The notes under the pieces were generated by a model. That model searched no databases. It was not told the origin of the DNA and saw nothing but the letters and a program-made list of their open reading frames with translations. From NCBI GenBank assembly GCA_965214125.1, contig CBDCBA010000011.1, forward strand, positions 1-64,000: a stretch of DNA of 64,000 bases. The letters are read 5' to 3'. Both the position numbers and the translations under genes were made by a program. Within the stretch, counting starts at the first letter, position 1, and the number at the start of each line of letters is the position of its first letter. Positions 42,932 to 51,792 of the stretch are shown here, piece after piece. The stretch is from Tepidisphaeraceae bacterium. GTDB taxonomy: Bacteria; Planctomycetota; Phycisphaerae; Tepidisphaerales; Tepidisphaeraceae.

Positions 42932-44008
42932 ATGTCGGAGCACCACACTCGCGTTGTCATCGTCGGCGGCGGGCCGATTGGCATCGAATTGTCCGTCGCA
43001 TTACGCCGCGCGACCGTGGACCACGTCGTCCTCGAGGCCAAGCAGATCGGCCACACGATGTCGTGGTGGGCGCCGCAGACAAAGTGGTTCAGCAGCAACG
43101 AACGCATCGCCATCGCCGGCGTGCCGCTTATCACGCCCGATCAGCAGAAGGCGACCCGCGAGCAGTACCTAGCCTACCTCCGCGGCGTCGTCGAGCAGTT
43201 CGACCTGCCGATCCGTCCCTACGCGCCGGTCGTGTCGATCGAGCGCCGGGACGATGGCGGATTCCTCGTGACGGCGGCCCCGCGTGGGCGGCGCGAGGTG
43301 TTTCGGTGCGAGTCCGTCGTGCTCGCGGTGGGCGGCACGGACTTCCCCCGCGAGCTCGGCATCGAGGGCGAAGATTTGCCACACGTCGACGGCTACCTGC
43401 GGGAGCCGCATAACTATTTCGGCCGGCGCGTGCTGGTCATCGGCGGGCGAAACAGTGCGGTCGAGGCCGCTCTGCGTTGCCACCATGCCGGGGCGAAAGT
43501 GGCCTTGAGCTATCGCGGCGAGGAACTGCCGGGCAAGAGCATCAAATACTGGCTGCTGCCGGAGATTCAGGGTCTCCTTAAGAGTGGCCGCATCGAGAGC
43601 CACTTCGACACAGTGCCCGTACGCATCACGCCGACGCACGTGGAGCTAGAGCGGGGCGGCGGCGAGCGGTACAAGGTCGAGGCCGACGAGGTCCTCAGCC
43701 TGATCGGGTACGCCCAGGATCAGCGCCTCCTCAAGCGGAGTGGCGTCGACCTGATCGGCAAGTCGCAGCACCCGGACTTCGACCCGCGCACGATGGAGAC
43801 CAACGTGCCCGGCCTGTACATCGCGGGGACCGCCGTCGCGGGAACGCAGAGCAGCCACTACAAGATTTTCCTGGAAAACTGCCACATCCACGTCGATCGC
43901 ATCCTCGCCCACCTGCGCGGCGAGCCCGCCCCCGACGACGGCACCGCCGGCCTGCCCGCGGCCATGCAGCACCTCGCCGATGAGGTCGCTGCGACACCCG
44001 AAAGCTGA
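42932..44008 (+). CDS. FAD/NAD(P)-binding pyridine-nucleotide-disulfide-type oxidoreductase (YpdA/TrxB-like)
   Basis: VVIVGGGPIGIELSVAL (FAD GxGxxG) and RVLVIGGRNSAVEAAL (NAD(P) GxGxxA); no CxxC redox pair obvious. Confidence 0.7.
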   Translation: MSEHHTRVVIVGGGPIGIELSVALRRATVDHVVLEAKQIGHTMSWWAPQTKWFSSNERIAIAGVPLITPDQQKATREQYLAYLRGVVEQFDLPIRPYAPVVSIERRDDGGFLVTAAPRGRREVFRCESVVLAVGGTDFPRELGIEGEDLPHVDGYLREPHNYFGRRVLVIGGRNSAVEAALRCHHAGAKVALSYRGEELPGKSIKYWLLPEIQGLLKSGRIESHFDTVPVRITPTHVELERGGGERYKVEADEVLSLIGYAQDQRLLKRSGVDLIGKSQHPDFDPRTMETNVPGLYIAGTAVAGTQSSHYKIFLENCHIHVDRILAHLRGEPAPDDGTAGLPAAMQHLADEVAATPES

Positions 44009-44010
44009 CG

Positions 44011-45399
44011 CTACAGGCTTGCTTCAACGATCTTGCGCACCTCGCTCACCCGCGCCTCGGCCGCGTCGCGCTCGGGGGCCTCGGCGATAATTCGCAGGAT
44101 CGGCTCCGTGTTGCTCGCGCGCACGCTCACCCAGCCGTCGGGCCAATCGACGCGCAGGCCGTCGCTCGTGTCGATGTTCTCGTTGTCGTACTTCTTCGCG
44201 ACGAGGTCGATGGCGGGCTCGGCGTCCTCCTTCTTCGGCAGGGGGAGCTTGTCCTTGACGATCACGTAGCTGGGAATCTCCGCAACAAGTTCACTGAGCG
44301 TCTTGCCACTTTCGGCCATGAGTTGCAGGACGTACGCCATTGCTACGAGTGAGTCGCGGCCGGGGACGATGCGCGGGTCGATCACTCCGCCGTTGCCCTC
44401 GCCGCCGATAACGGCGTCGTTCTCCAGCATCGCGTTGATGACGTTCGCCTCCCCCACCGCCGACCGCACGACCGTCGCGCCGTTTTCGGCGGCGATGTCG
44501 TTGAGCATCCGGCTGGTCGACTGGTTCGTGCCGGCGACGGCGTTCTGCCCCTTCTTCTTTCCGAGCACGAACTTTGCCGCGAGGGCAAGCGTGTACTCCT
44601 CGCCGATGTACCGGCCGTTCTCGTCGACGATCGCCAAACGGTCGGCGTCGGGGTCCTGCGCGAACCCGACCGCCGCCTTCTGCCGCCGCACTTCTTCGCA
44701 CAACCCCTGGAGGTTCGCCTCCGTCGGCTCGGGCTCGTGCGGGAACTGACCGTTGGGCGTGTTGTGCATGTGAACCAGCCGCACGCCAAGCTTGCTGAGC
44801 AGCGTCGCACAACTCACACATCCGGCCCCGTTGACACTGTCGACCACGACCTTGAATGCCTGAGTCGAAATCCCCAGCACGTCGACGCGGTCGAGCACCT
44901 TCTTGATGTGAACCGCGTGCGCCGTCGGGTCGTGCTGCGGGCTGGCAAGCTGCTCGACCGAGACTGTCGGCAGGACCTCGTCGTCGTAAAACTCGCGGAT
45001 GGCGGCGACGTCTTCGGGAGGCGGCGCGACGCTGCGGTCGGTCAGGAACTTGAGCCCGTTCCATTCGATCGGGTTGTGGCTGGCCGTCGCGACGACGCCG
45101 GCGTCGGCCTTCAGGTGCTGCACCATGATCGCGACGGCCGGCGTGGTGACGACGGCTAGATCAATCACCTCGATCCCCGCCGCGGTCAGCGTGCCGAGCA
45201 CGGTGTCGCGGACCCACATGCCGCTGGGCCGACTGTCGCGCCCAAAGACCACGACCGGCCGCCTGTCGCCGCACCGCTGTTTCAGCCACGCGGCGAACGC
45301 CCCGCTCATCCGCTGGACCACGCGCGGCGTCAGGCTTCCGCCGATCGTCCCGCGCATCCCGCTCACGCCGATCATCAGTGCGTCGCTCATTGCCGGCAT
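44011..45399 (-). CDS. Phosphoglucomutase/phosphomannomutase family protein (PMM/PGM or GlmM-like)
   Basis: GVSGMRG (active-site Ser loop), ATASHNP (phosphoserine motif TASHNP), DPDADR (Mg loop), GGEGNGG (sugar-binding), RASNTEP (phosphate-binding). Start at MPAMSDALMIG with GAGGTG 10 nt upstream. Confidence 0.85.
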   Translation of the reverse strand: MPAMSDALMIGVSGMRGTIGGSLTPRVVQRMSGAFAAWLKQRCGDRRPVVVFGRDSRPSGMWVRDTVLGTLTAAGIEVIDLAVVTTPAVAIMVQHLKADAGVVATASHNPIEWNGLKFLTDRSVAPPPEDVAAIREFYDDEVLPTVSVEQLASPQHDPTAHAVHIKKVLDRVDVLGISTQAFKVVVDSVNGAGCVSCATLLSKLGVRLVHMHNTPNGQFPHEPEPTEANLQGLCEEVRRQKAAVGFAQDPDADRLAIVDENGRYIGEEYTLALAAKFVLGKKKGQNAVAGTNQSTSRMLNDIAAENGATVVRSAVGEANVINAMLENDAVIGGEGNGGVIDPRIVPGRDSLVAMAYVLQLMAESGKTLSELVAEIPSYVIVKDKLPLPKKEDAEPAIDLVAKKYDNENIDTSDGLRVDWPDGWVSVRASNTEPILRIIAEAPERDAAEARVSEVRKIVEASL

Positions 45400-45413
45400 T
45401 CTTAGGCAACACC

Positions 45414-46526
45414 TCAGGCACCAAAATATCGTGCGTGCGCAGAGCGGGCCGCCGACAGGTCGGTCGTGCCCTGCACGATCACGCGGGCGTCGCGGAAGGC
45501 GGTCATGCGGATCGATGGTCGATCGGCCGGCGTAAAGCGGAGCATCATCGGCGTCTGCGACACCTCGCCGAGCGGGCGGAGTTTCGCGGCGAGAATGTCC
45601 AGCTTCCACGTCGCGTTGGGCGTGCGAAGTTGGACCGCACCGCGGCCGCACAGGGCGACGGCGTCGCCTGCGGGTTGGTCGAGGAAAGGGAACTCGTGGC
45701 GGGCGCAGCAGGGACAAGTTGGGTCTTTCGCGGACGACAGGTCGATTGTGCGGAACTCGCCCGTCCAGACGTCGAACGCTTGCAACGCGCGCGGCGGGTC
45801 GCCGCTGACGAGCGTGCGAATCGCGAGGGCGGCCTGTAGATTGCCGACAATTCCCGACGCCGCCGCGAGGATGCCGGCGGTGTCGCACGTCTCCAACTCC
45901 CCCGGCGGCGGCGGATCGCGGAAGACGCAGCGCAGGCAAGGACCCGCCTCCGCCGTAGGGTGGGATTTATCCCACCTCTGGTTCGATTGATCCGACTCGC
46001 CGGATGGTGGGATGAATCCCACCCTACCCAGAGCCATCGCCCTTCCCTCCGTGCCGACGGCGGCGCCGTAGATCCACGGCTTGCCACGCTTCACCGCAGC
46101 GTCGTTGAGCAGGTACCGCGTGGCGGCGTTGTCGGTGCCGTCAACGATCAGGTTGGCCTCCTCGACGAGGGCGAGGACGTTGTCGACATCGACGTCGACT
46201 GGCCGCGGTTCGAGGGAAATCGAAGAGTTGACGCGCTGCAACCGCTCGGCGGCGGCGACGGCCTTGGGGCGGCTGTCGGTCGCGTCGGCTTCGTCGTACA
46301 GGGTTTGACGTTGGAGATTGGTCACCTCGACCAAATCGCGATCGATCAAGATCAGCCGGCCGACGCCGGCGCGGGCGAGCGAGTCGGCGGCAACGGTGCC
46401 GAGCGCCCCGCAGCCGAGGATGGCGACGGTAGCCTCCGCGAGCCGAGCCTGGCCGGCGTCGCCGATCTGCGGGAGAAGGGTTTGGCGGTGGTAGCGGTCC
46501 GGCACGGGTTCATAGGATACGGGCAA
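45414..46526 (-). CDS. ThiF/MoeB/HesA-family E1-like adenylyltransferase with in-frame REP insertion and ~100-aa C-terminal extension
   Basis: RYHRQTLLPQIGDAGQARLAEATVAILGCGALGT (Rossmann GxGxxG), LILIDRDLVEVTNLQRQ and two CxxC pairs (CLRC ... CPCC). Residues GRVGFIPPSGESDQSNQRWDKSHPT are encoded by REP-A2 (45955..46027). TTG start at 46526, or GTG at ~46505. Confidence 0.75.
   Translation of the reverse strand: MPVSYEPVPDRYHRQTLLPQIGDAGQARLAEATVAILGCGALGTVAADSLARAGVGRLILIDRDLVEVTNLQRQTLYDEADATDSRPKAVAAAERLQRVNSSISLEPRPVDVDVDNVLALVEEANLIVDGTDNAATRYLLNDAAVKRGKPWIYGAAVGTEGRAMALGRVGFIPPSGESDQSNQRWDKSHPTAEAGPCLRCVFRDPPPPGELETCDTAGILAAASGIVGNLQAALAIRTLVSGDPPRALQAFDVWTGEFRTIDLSSAKDPTCPCCARHEFPFLDQPAGDAVALCGRGAVQLRTPNATWKLDILAAKLRPLGEVSQTPMMLRFTPADRPSIRMTAFRDARVIVQGTTDLSAARSAHARYFGA
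45955..46027. repeat. REP-A copy 2, inserted in-frame within the ThiF/MoeB-like CDS
   Basis: gtagggtgggatttatcccacc...ggtgggatgaatcccaccctac; translated in the host frame as GRVGFIPPSGESDQSNQRWDKSHPT. Confidence 0.85.
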
Positions 46527-46957
46527 TGGCAGACGACACCCTCGACAAGGACATCCTCGACGCCGCCCAAACGCTCGGCGATCTCATCGCCAAGCACCCG
46601 GCGATCGAGAAGTATGCCGACGCCCAGAAGGCCCTGCGCGACGACAAGGACGCCGGCCGCATGCTCCAGCAGTTCGAGCAAAAGGCGATGGTCCTGGCCC
46701 GCAACGAGCAGTACGGCCAGCCCGTCAGCGCCGCCGACCGGCAGGAGCTCGAAACGATGCAGGCCAACCTCGCGAGCAACCTGCGCGTGAAGGCGTTCAG
46801 CATCGCCCAGACCGACATGACCGATTTGCTCCGCAAGGTCAGCCAGACGTGGCAGAAGCCCGTCGCCAAGGCACAGGGCGAAGACGATCAGCCGCAAGGC
46901 CAGGACGAGTTTGGCGGCGTCAGCGGCGGCGGTATGGGCGGGTTGCAGATGCCGTAG
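46526..46957 (+). CDS. YlbF/YmcA-like (DUF964) regulatory protein
   Basis: LDAAQTLGDLIAKHPAIEKYADAQKALRDDKDAGRMLQQFEQKAMVL...ELETMQANLASNLRVKAFSIAQTDMTDLLRKV follows the YlbF-family helical pattern; Gly-rich C-terminus. Its ATG abuts or overlaps the divergent ThiF-like start. Confidence 0.5.
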   Translation: MADDTLDKDILDAAQTLGDLIAKHPAIEKYADAQKALRDDKDAGRMLQQFEQKAMVLARNEQYGQPVSAADRQELETMQANLASNLRVKAFSIAQTDMTDLLRKVSQTWQKPVAKAQGEDDQPQGQDEFGGVSGGGMGGLQMP

Positions 46958-47025
46958 GGTGGGATTCATCCCACCATCGGGTCAACAAGTTGCTGCATTC
47001 GGAGGTGGGTTGAAACCCACCCTAC
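46954..47025. repeat. REP-A copy 3 (variant right arm ggtgggttgaaacccaccctac)
   Basis: Begins at or overlaps the stop of the YlbF-like gene; 9 nt before the EVE gene start. Confidence 0.8.
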
Positions 47026-47034
47026 ATTGTCGAC

Positions 47035-47436
47035 ATGGCCTACTGGTTGTTGAAGACGGAGCCGGATGTCTACTCGATCAACGACCTCGAGCGCGACAAG
47101 TCGACCGTTTGGGACGGCGTGACGAACAACGCCGCGCTGAAGAACATCCGCGCCATGCACCGCGGCGACGGGTGCCTGATCTACCACACGGGCAAAGAAC
47201 GCGCGGCCGTCGGTATCGCGAAGGTCACGAAGGGGCCGCACCCGGACCCGGCAGAGGACGACGAGAAGCTGGTCATCGTGACCGTGAAGTTTGTGAAGAA
47301 GTTTGAGGCGCCTGTCACTCTTGCGATGGTGAAGGCCGAGGAGCAACTCGCCGATTGGGACCTTGTCCGACAGTCGCGACTGAGCGTGGTGCCGGTGTCG
47401 GACGAGCAGTGGAAGTGGGTGTGTGAGAAAGGATGA
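47035..47436 (+). CDS. EVE-domain (PUA-like, DUF55) protein
   Basis: MAYWLLKTEPDVYSINDL...VWDGVTNNAALKNIRAMHRGDGCLIYHTG is the canonical EVE N-terminal pattern. Confidence 0.7.
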   Translation: MAYWLLKTEPDVYSINDLERDKSTVWDGVTNNAALKNIRAMHRGDGCLIYHTGKERAAVGIAKVTKGPHPDPAEDDEKLVIVTVKFVKKFEAPVTLAMVKAEEQLADWDLVRQSRLSVVPVSDEQWKWVCEKG

Positions 47437-47529
47437 AGGCAGAAGGATGAAGGATGAACCCGACCCGGAGCCGAGGCAGACGTCTCCGGTTCGGGCTCAG
47501 GTTCATCCTTCATCCTTCTGCCTTCATCC
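47431..47529. repeat. Large AT-richer hairpin: perfect 30-bp inverted repeat (ggatgaaggcagaaggatgaaggatgaacc / ggttcatccttcatccttctgccttcatcc) with a 39-nt loop that contains its own hairpin
   Basis: Left arm starts in the EVE-gene stop codon; right arm ends ~10 nt from the stop of the convergent MacB permease gene. The arms contain internal gaagga(t) direct repeats. Confidence 0.8.
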
Positions 47530-47538
47530 TTTCCGCGC

Positions 47539-48834
47539 TCACTCGTGCCGCAACGCTTGAATCGGATCGAGGTTCGCGGCGCGGACGGCTGGGTAGAGAC
47601 CGAAGACGATGCCAACGAACATGCTGATGCCGACGCTGACGATTAGGCTCCACGGCGTCACGACCGTGCGCATGTCCGTGTAATGCTCGATAATCTCCGG
47701 GATCAGCACGCCCAGCCCCATGCCGATGAGGCCGCCGATCGTGGAGAGCACCACGGTTTCGATCAAAAACTGCTGGATGATCACGCTCCGCCGAGCCCCA
47801 ATGGCGCGGCGAATACCGATCTCGCGCGTCCGCTCAGTCACGCTCGCGAGCATGATGTTCATAATGCCAATGCCGCCGACGAGCAGGCTGATGCCGGCGA
47901 TGCTGCCGAGGACGATGTTGTTGCGGCGCTTCGTCTCCTCAGCCTGGCGGAGCAGTTCAAGCGGGACGGTCATCTTGTAATCGACCTTGTCGTGAAACCG
48001 CTCGAACATCCGCCGTGTCGCGTTGGCGACGAGGGGCACGTCCTCCATGTCGTCGACCTCGACGATCACCTGGTGCAACTCGATCTCCTCGCGGCTGAAG
48101 TTGCCGGAGCTGATCTCGACGATCAGGTCGCCGAGGCGTTCGCGCAGGAGCGGAAGGGGAACGTAGGCATCGACGTTTTCGTCGGGCGTCGGCAGGCCGC
48201 TGTTGCCGGCGTCGACGCCGTCGCGCCCGTTGTTGCCGCCGCCGGCACTTTCGACGATGCCGATCACCTCATAACTTCCCCCGCCGATGCTCACCTGGCT
48301 GCCGACGGTCGCCCGCGTCGCGAGCAGCTTGCGCGCGCCCTGCTCGGTCAGGACGACCACGTCGTTGTAGCCGCTCATGTCGCCGGGCGCGAGGTGTCGG
48401 CCGGCGACGAGGTTGCGCTTGACGATCTCGCTCCATTGCGGCGTGGTGCCGACGAGGCGGAGCTCTTCAACGTTGGTGCCCAATCGCCCCTGCTTGCGAA
48501 CGGCCTTGGCGGGCACCACGCGGCTGATGCCGGGGATCGTCTCGCGGAGCCGGCCGACGTCCTCGTACTTCACGCCGTAGTTGCTCATCCGCTGCCGCTG
48601 TCCGCCGCTGTTGGCGGCCGTCTCGACGGGCTCCTGGCTCGTGACGAGGATGTTGCGGCTGCCGAGCTTTTCGATCTGCGCCATCGCCTCGGCGCTGGCC
48701 CCCTCGCCGACGCTCAGCATCGCGACGACGCTGCCCACGCCGAAGACCACGCCGAGCATCGTCAAGAGCGACCGCAACTTGTGCAGCAGCAGGTTCTTGG
48801 TGCCGAGGCGGACATTCTTGAGGAAACGTCTCAT
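47539..48834 (-). CDS. MacB-type ABC transporter permease (FtsX family with periplasmic MacB_PCD)
   Basis: N-terminal TM (LRSLLTMLGVVFGVGSVVAMLSVG), large periplasmic domain, C-terminal FtsX 3-TM bundle (ERTREIGIRRAIGARRSVIIQQFLIETVVLS). Confidence 0.85.
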   Translation of the reverse strand: MRRFLKNVRLGTKNLLLHKLRSLLTMLGVVFGVGSVVAMLSVGEGASAEAMAQIEKLGSRNILVTSQEPVETAANSGGQRQRMSNYGVKYEDVGRLRETIPGISRVVPAKAVRKQGRLGTNVEELRLVGTTPQWSEIVKRNLVAGRHLAPGDMSGYNDVVVLTEQGARKLLATRATVGSQVSIGGGSYEVIGIVESAGGGNNGRDGVDAGNSGLPTPDENVDAYVPLPLLRERLGDLIVEISSGNFSREEIELHQVIVEVDDMEDVPLVANATRRMFERFHDKVDYKMTVPLELLRQAEETKRRNNIVLGSIAGISLLVGGIGIMNIMLASVTERTREIGIRRAIGARRSVIIQQFLIETVVLSTIGGLIGMGLGVLIPEIIEHYTDMRTVVTPWSLIVSVGISMFVGIVFGLYPAVRAANLDPIQALRHE

Positions 48835-48841
48835 GCGAGGG

Positions 48842-49615
48842 TCAGGCGTGGGCTCGGGCGGCGTGGCGTTCGTCGCGCTCGATGAGCCCGTCGCGCATGT
48901 GGATCTGCCGGCCGGCGTAGGCGGCGATGTCGGGCTCGTGCGTGACCATCACGATGGTCTTGCCGGCTCGGTTGAGCTCGATCAGCACATCCATGATCGA
49001 CTCGGTGGTGGTCGAGTCGAGGTTGCCGGTGGGCTCGTCGGCGAGAATCAGCGGCGGGTTGTTCGCAAGGCTGCGCGCGATGGCGACGCGCTGCTGCTGA
49101 CCGCCGGACAACTCGGTGGGCCGGTGGTCGAGCCGGTCGCCAAGGCCGACGCGGTTGGCGAGCTCGGTCGCCCGCTCGTGCATCGCGTCGGGATCCTGGT
49201 CGAGATAGAACATCGGCAATTCGATGTTCTCGCGCACGGTCAACTGCGGGATCAGGTTGAAGCTTTGGAAGATAAAGCCCAGCGCATCGAGGCGAAAGTC
49301 GCTGAGCTCGTCGTCGTCGAGCTCGCTCACGTCCTGCCCGTGGAGCACGTATCGGCCGTTGCTGGGGCGGTCGAGGGTGCCGAGCAGGTTGAGCATCGTG
49401 CTCTTGCCGCTGCCGCTGGGGCCCATCAGGCTGACGAACTCGCCCTCGCGGATGGTCAGCGTCACGCCGGCGAGGGCGCGGACGATCTGGTCGCCCATCA
49501 CGTAGGTTTTCATCACGTCGAAGAGCTCGACAACCGGCTTTAAGCCCGCGTGTGCCGACGACTCCGCGAGCGGGCCGGCCTCCCTCGCGTCGACCGGTTC
49601 AGCCTCCAACGTCAC
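48842..49615 (-). CDS. MacB-type ABC transporter ATP-binding protein
   Basis: Walker [10 protein letters not shown], signature [13 protein letters not shown], Walker [13 protein letters not shown]-loop VTHE. GTG start overlaps the MFP stop (GTGA). Confidence 0.85.
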   Translation of the reverse strand: MTLEAEPVDAREAGPLAESSAHAGLKPVVELFDVMKTYVMGDQIVRALAGVTLTIREGEFVSLMGPSGSGKSTMLNLLGTLDRPSNGRYVLHGQDVSELDDDELSDFRLDALGFIFQSFNLIPQLTVRENIELPMFYLDQDPDAMHERATELANRVGLGDRLDHRPTELSGGQQQRVAIARSLANNPPLILADEPTGNLDSTTTESIMDVLIELNRAGKTIVMVTHEPDIAAYAGRQIHMRDGLIERDERHAARAHA

Positions 49616-51681
49616 TGGCCACCCCCACCACCGCCACCACTGCCACCACCACCGCCGCGTCGCCCGCCCCGCTCGGGGAGCTCGATGCCGTACTTCTTGC
49701 CGAGGGTTTGCATATAGGTGCCCATCTGCTCCCACTCGCCGTCTTCGCGGTACTTGGTGAGCTTGTCGCGCTCGTCGTCGGTGAGCTTGGCCATCAGCGC
49801 CTGCATCGCCTGGCGCGGGTCGGCCGCAGCGCCGGCATCGCCTTCCTCTTCGGCCGGCTTGGCTTCGGCGTCGCCGCCTGACTCGCCGTCGCCCATGGAG
49901 ATGCCGTACTTGGTGGCGAGTTCTTGGGAGTACGTTTGCAGGCCCTGCCAATCCTGCTCGGACATGTAGTCCTGAAGCTTCTTCTTTTCCTCGTCGGTTG
50001 CCTTGGCCTGGATCTCGCGGAACGCCTTCATCATCGCCTCGCGACCGCCGCCGCCGGCGTTGGCTTGCGGCTGGGCCGACTCGGTCTGCTCCTGCGCCGT
50101 CGGCTGCGTCTCGCGGGCCTCGGCGGCCTTCTGCTTCTGCTCCTCGGGCACGTCCTCGGGACGGAGCGTCTCGATGTTGGCCGTCTGGCCCAGCGGCGGC
50201 GCGAGCAGCACCTCCTCGCCCGGCTCGATGCCGGATTCGACCACCACCATGCGGTTGTTGTCGAGCCCGATCTCCACCTCGCGCTGCTCGGGCGCCTGCC
50301 CGCCCGGCCGCTTCACGAAGACGAAGGGCCGCCCGCTGATGCGGACCACGCTCTGCACCGGGACGTACATCACGTCGTCGTAGGTCTCGACAATGATCTC
50401 CGCCTGGCAGCTCATGCCGGTCTTGAGTTCCTCGTTGATGCCGGGGATGAGGATTTCGGTCGCGTAGACCTTCAGGTCGGGGTTCATCCACGACACCGAG
50501 GCGTCCGGGAGTGGCGCGATCTTGGTGACGGTGCCCCAGAACTCGCGGTTGGGCAGCGCGTCGATCGTCACGCGGGCCGGCAGGCCGACGCGGGCTTTGT
50601 CGAGGCTGCTCTCGTGGATCTTGACCTCGGCGATGCGGTCCCTTGGGGTCGGCAGGTAGATCAGGTCCTGGCGTTCGCGGACCTCCTGGCCGACGTCCAT
50701 CGGCTCGTCGTTGCCGCGCCAGCCGCCGCGGCCGGTGGTGGCGTAGACGACCAGACCATTCGTCGGCGCGTAGATCTTGCCCTTGCCGATCTGGTCGATC
50801 ACCTTCGCGAGCTTGTCCTTTTGCCGGGCGAGCTCGCTCTCCTTGGCCTTGAGCTCCGCCACCGCCTGGGCCTTGTCGGCCAGGGCCTTGCGCTCGGCGC
50901 GTTCGAGGGCCAGCTCCGTCTGTTCGACGTTGCTCTCGAACTCCTGCATCTTGCGCTTGTAGTCCCATTCCTTCAGCAGCGCCAGCTCCTGCTGGGCGAG
51001 CTCGTAGGCGAGCTGCGCCTTCTTCTCCGCAAGCACGTCGGCACGCAGTTCGGTCTCGCTGATGAACTTGCTGTCGGCGAGCTTCTCGCTGCCGATCCGC
51101 TTGTCTTGGGCACGCTTGAGCTCCTCGTCGGCGATGGTGATCGTGTTCTCGGCCTCCTTGAGCTCCTTCGGGAAGTCGCCCTGCTGGTACTTTTTGATGT
51201 CCTCCAGCGCGAAATCCCGTTCCAGCTTCGCGGCTGACACATCCGCGATCGCCTGGTTCTCCGCGACGGCGAGCTCTTCGGTCGCGCGAATGAAGGCGGC
51301 CTCGGCGTTCTGGACGGCGATCTCGTGGTCGACCTTGTCGTCCTGAAGCCCGCTGACGTCGAGCTCCACCAGCAACGCGCCCTTCTCGACCATCTGCCCC
51401 TCAGGCGCCAGTTGGAGAATGGCGGCCTGACCCTCAATGGCGCTCTTGAGCACCTCCTGCTGGGCGGCGCGGATGGTGCCGCTCTCGGTCACACTCACGA
51501 CGATCTCGCCGCGACGCACCTCGAACGTGCTGGCGTCGGTCGTGCCCTGGCCCGAGCCGTCGCTCAGGTAGAAGAACGCCCCCGCCGAGCCCGCCACCGC
51601 CAGCAGGCCGATGACGACGACGATCGGAACCAGCGGGCTGCGGCCCTTGCGCGACGGTGTGGATGGCGTGGAATTGCTCAT
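49612..51681 (-). CDS. HlyD/MacA-family periplasmic adaptor (MFP) with C-terminal duplicated ~45-aa modules and poly-Gly tail
   Basis: N-terminal TM, long coiled-coil hairpin, lipoyl/beta-barrel segments (TNGLVVYATTG..., VTIDALPNREFWGTVTKIAP); the C-terminal ~150 aa contains two related modules (MKAFREIQAKATDEEKKKLQDYMSEQDWQGLQTYSQELATKYGI / MQALMAKLTDDERDKLTKYREDGEWEQMGTYMQTLGKKYGIE) and [18 protein letters not shown]. Confidence 0.8.
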   Translation of the reverse strand: MSNSTPSTPSRKGRSPLVPIVVVIGLLAVAGSAGAFFYLSDGSGQGTTDASTFEVRRGEIVVSVTESGTIRAAQQEVLKSAIEGQAAILQLAPEGQMVEKGALLVELDVSGLQDDKVDHEIAVQNAEAAFIRATEELAVAENQAIADVSAAKLERDFALEDIKKYQQGDFPKELKEAENTITIADEELKRAQDKRIGSEKLADSKFISETELRADVLAEKKAQLAYELAQQELALLKEWDYKRKMQEFESNVEQTELALERAERKALADKAQAVAELKAKESELARQKDKLAKVIDQIGKGKIYAPTNGLVVYATTGRGGWRGNDEPMDVGQEVRERQDLIYLPTPRDRIAEVKIHESSLDKARVGLPARVTIDALPNREFWGTVTKIAPLPDASVSWMNPDLKVYATEILIPGINEELKTGMSCQAEIIVETYDDVMYVPVQSVVRISGRPFVFVKRPGGQAPEQREVEIGLDNNRMVVVESGIEPGEEVLLAPPLGQTANIETLRPEDVPEEQKQKAAEARETQPTAQEQTESAQPQANAGGGGREAMMKAFREIQAKATDEEKKKLQDYMSEQDWQGLQTYSQELATKYGISMGDGESGGDAEAKPAEEEGDAGAAADPRQAMQALMAKLTDDERDKLTKYREDGEWEQMGTYMQTLGKKYGIELPERGGRRGGGGGSGGGGGGGQ

Positions 51682-51792
51682 GTGCAGGCTCGAAAGCGTC
51701 GGGATCAGCCCCCATCCCCTCCCGTACCCCTTACCCAGAACGCCACCCGACCATGTTTGTTGCGACAGGAAATCGGGCCCCGATTCAACACC

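Noticed and set aside
42301-42946. N-terminal 215 aa of minus-strand ORF 40898..42946
   Set aside because: Val/Ala/Gly-rich antisense image of the glycine-zipper gene (which has AGGAG-5nt-ATG); the GH144-like homology only begins near 42301.
45975-46000. tRNA T-arm-like string ggttcgattgatcc
   Set aside because: Lies in the spacer of REP-A copy 2 inside a CDS; no acceptor stem, anticodon arm or CCA context. Not a tRNA.
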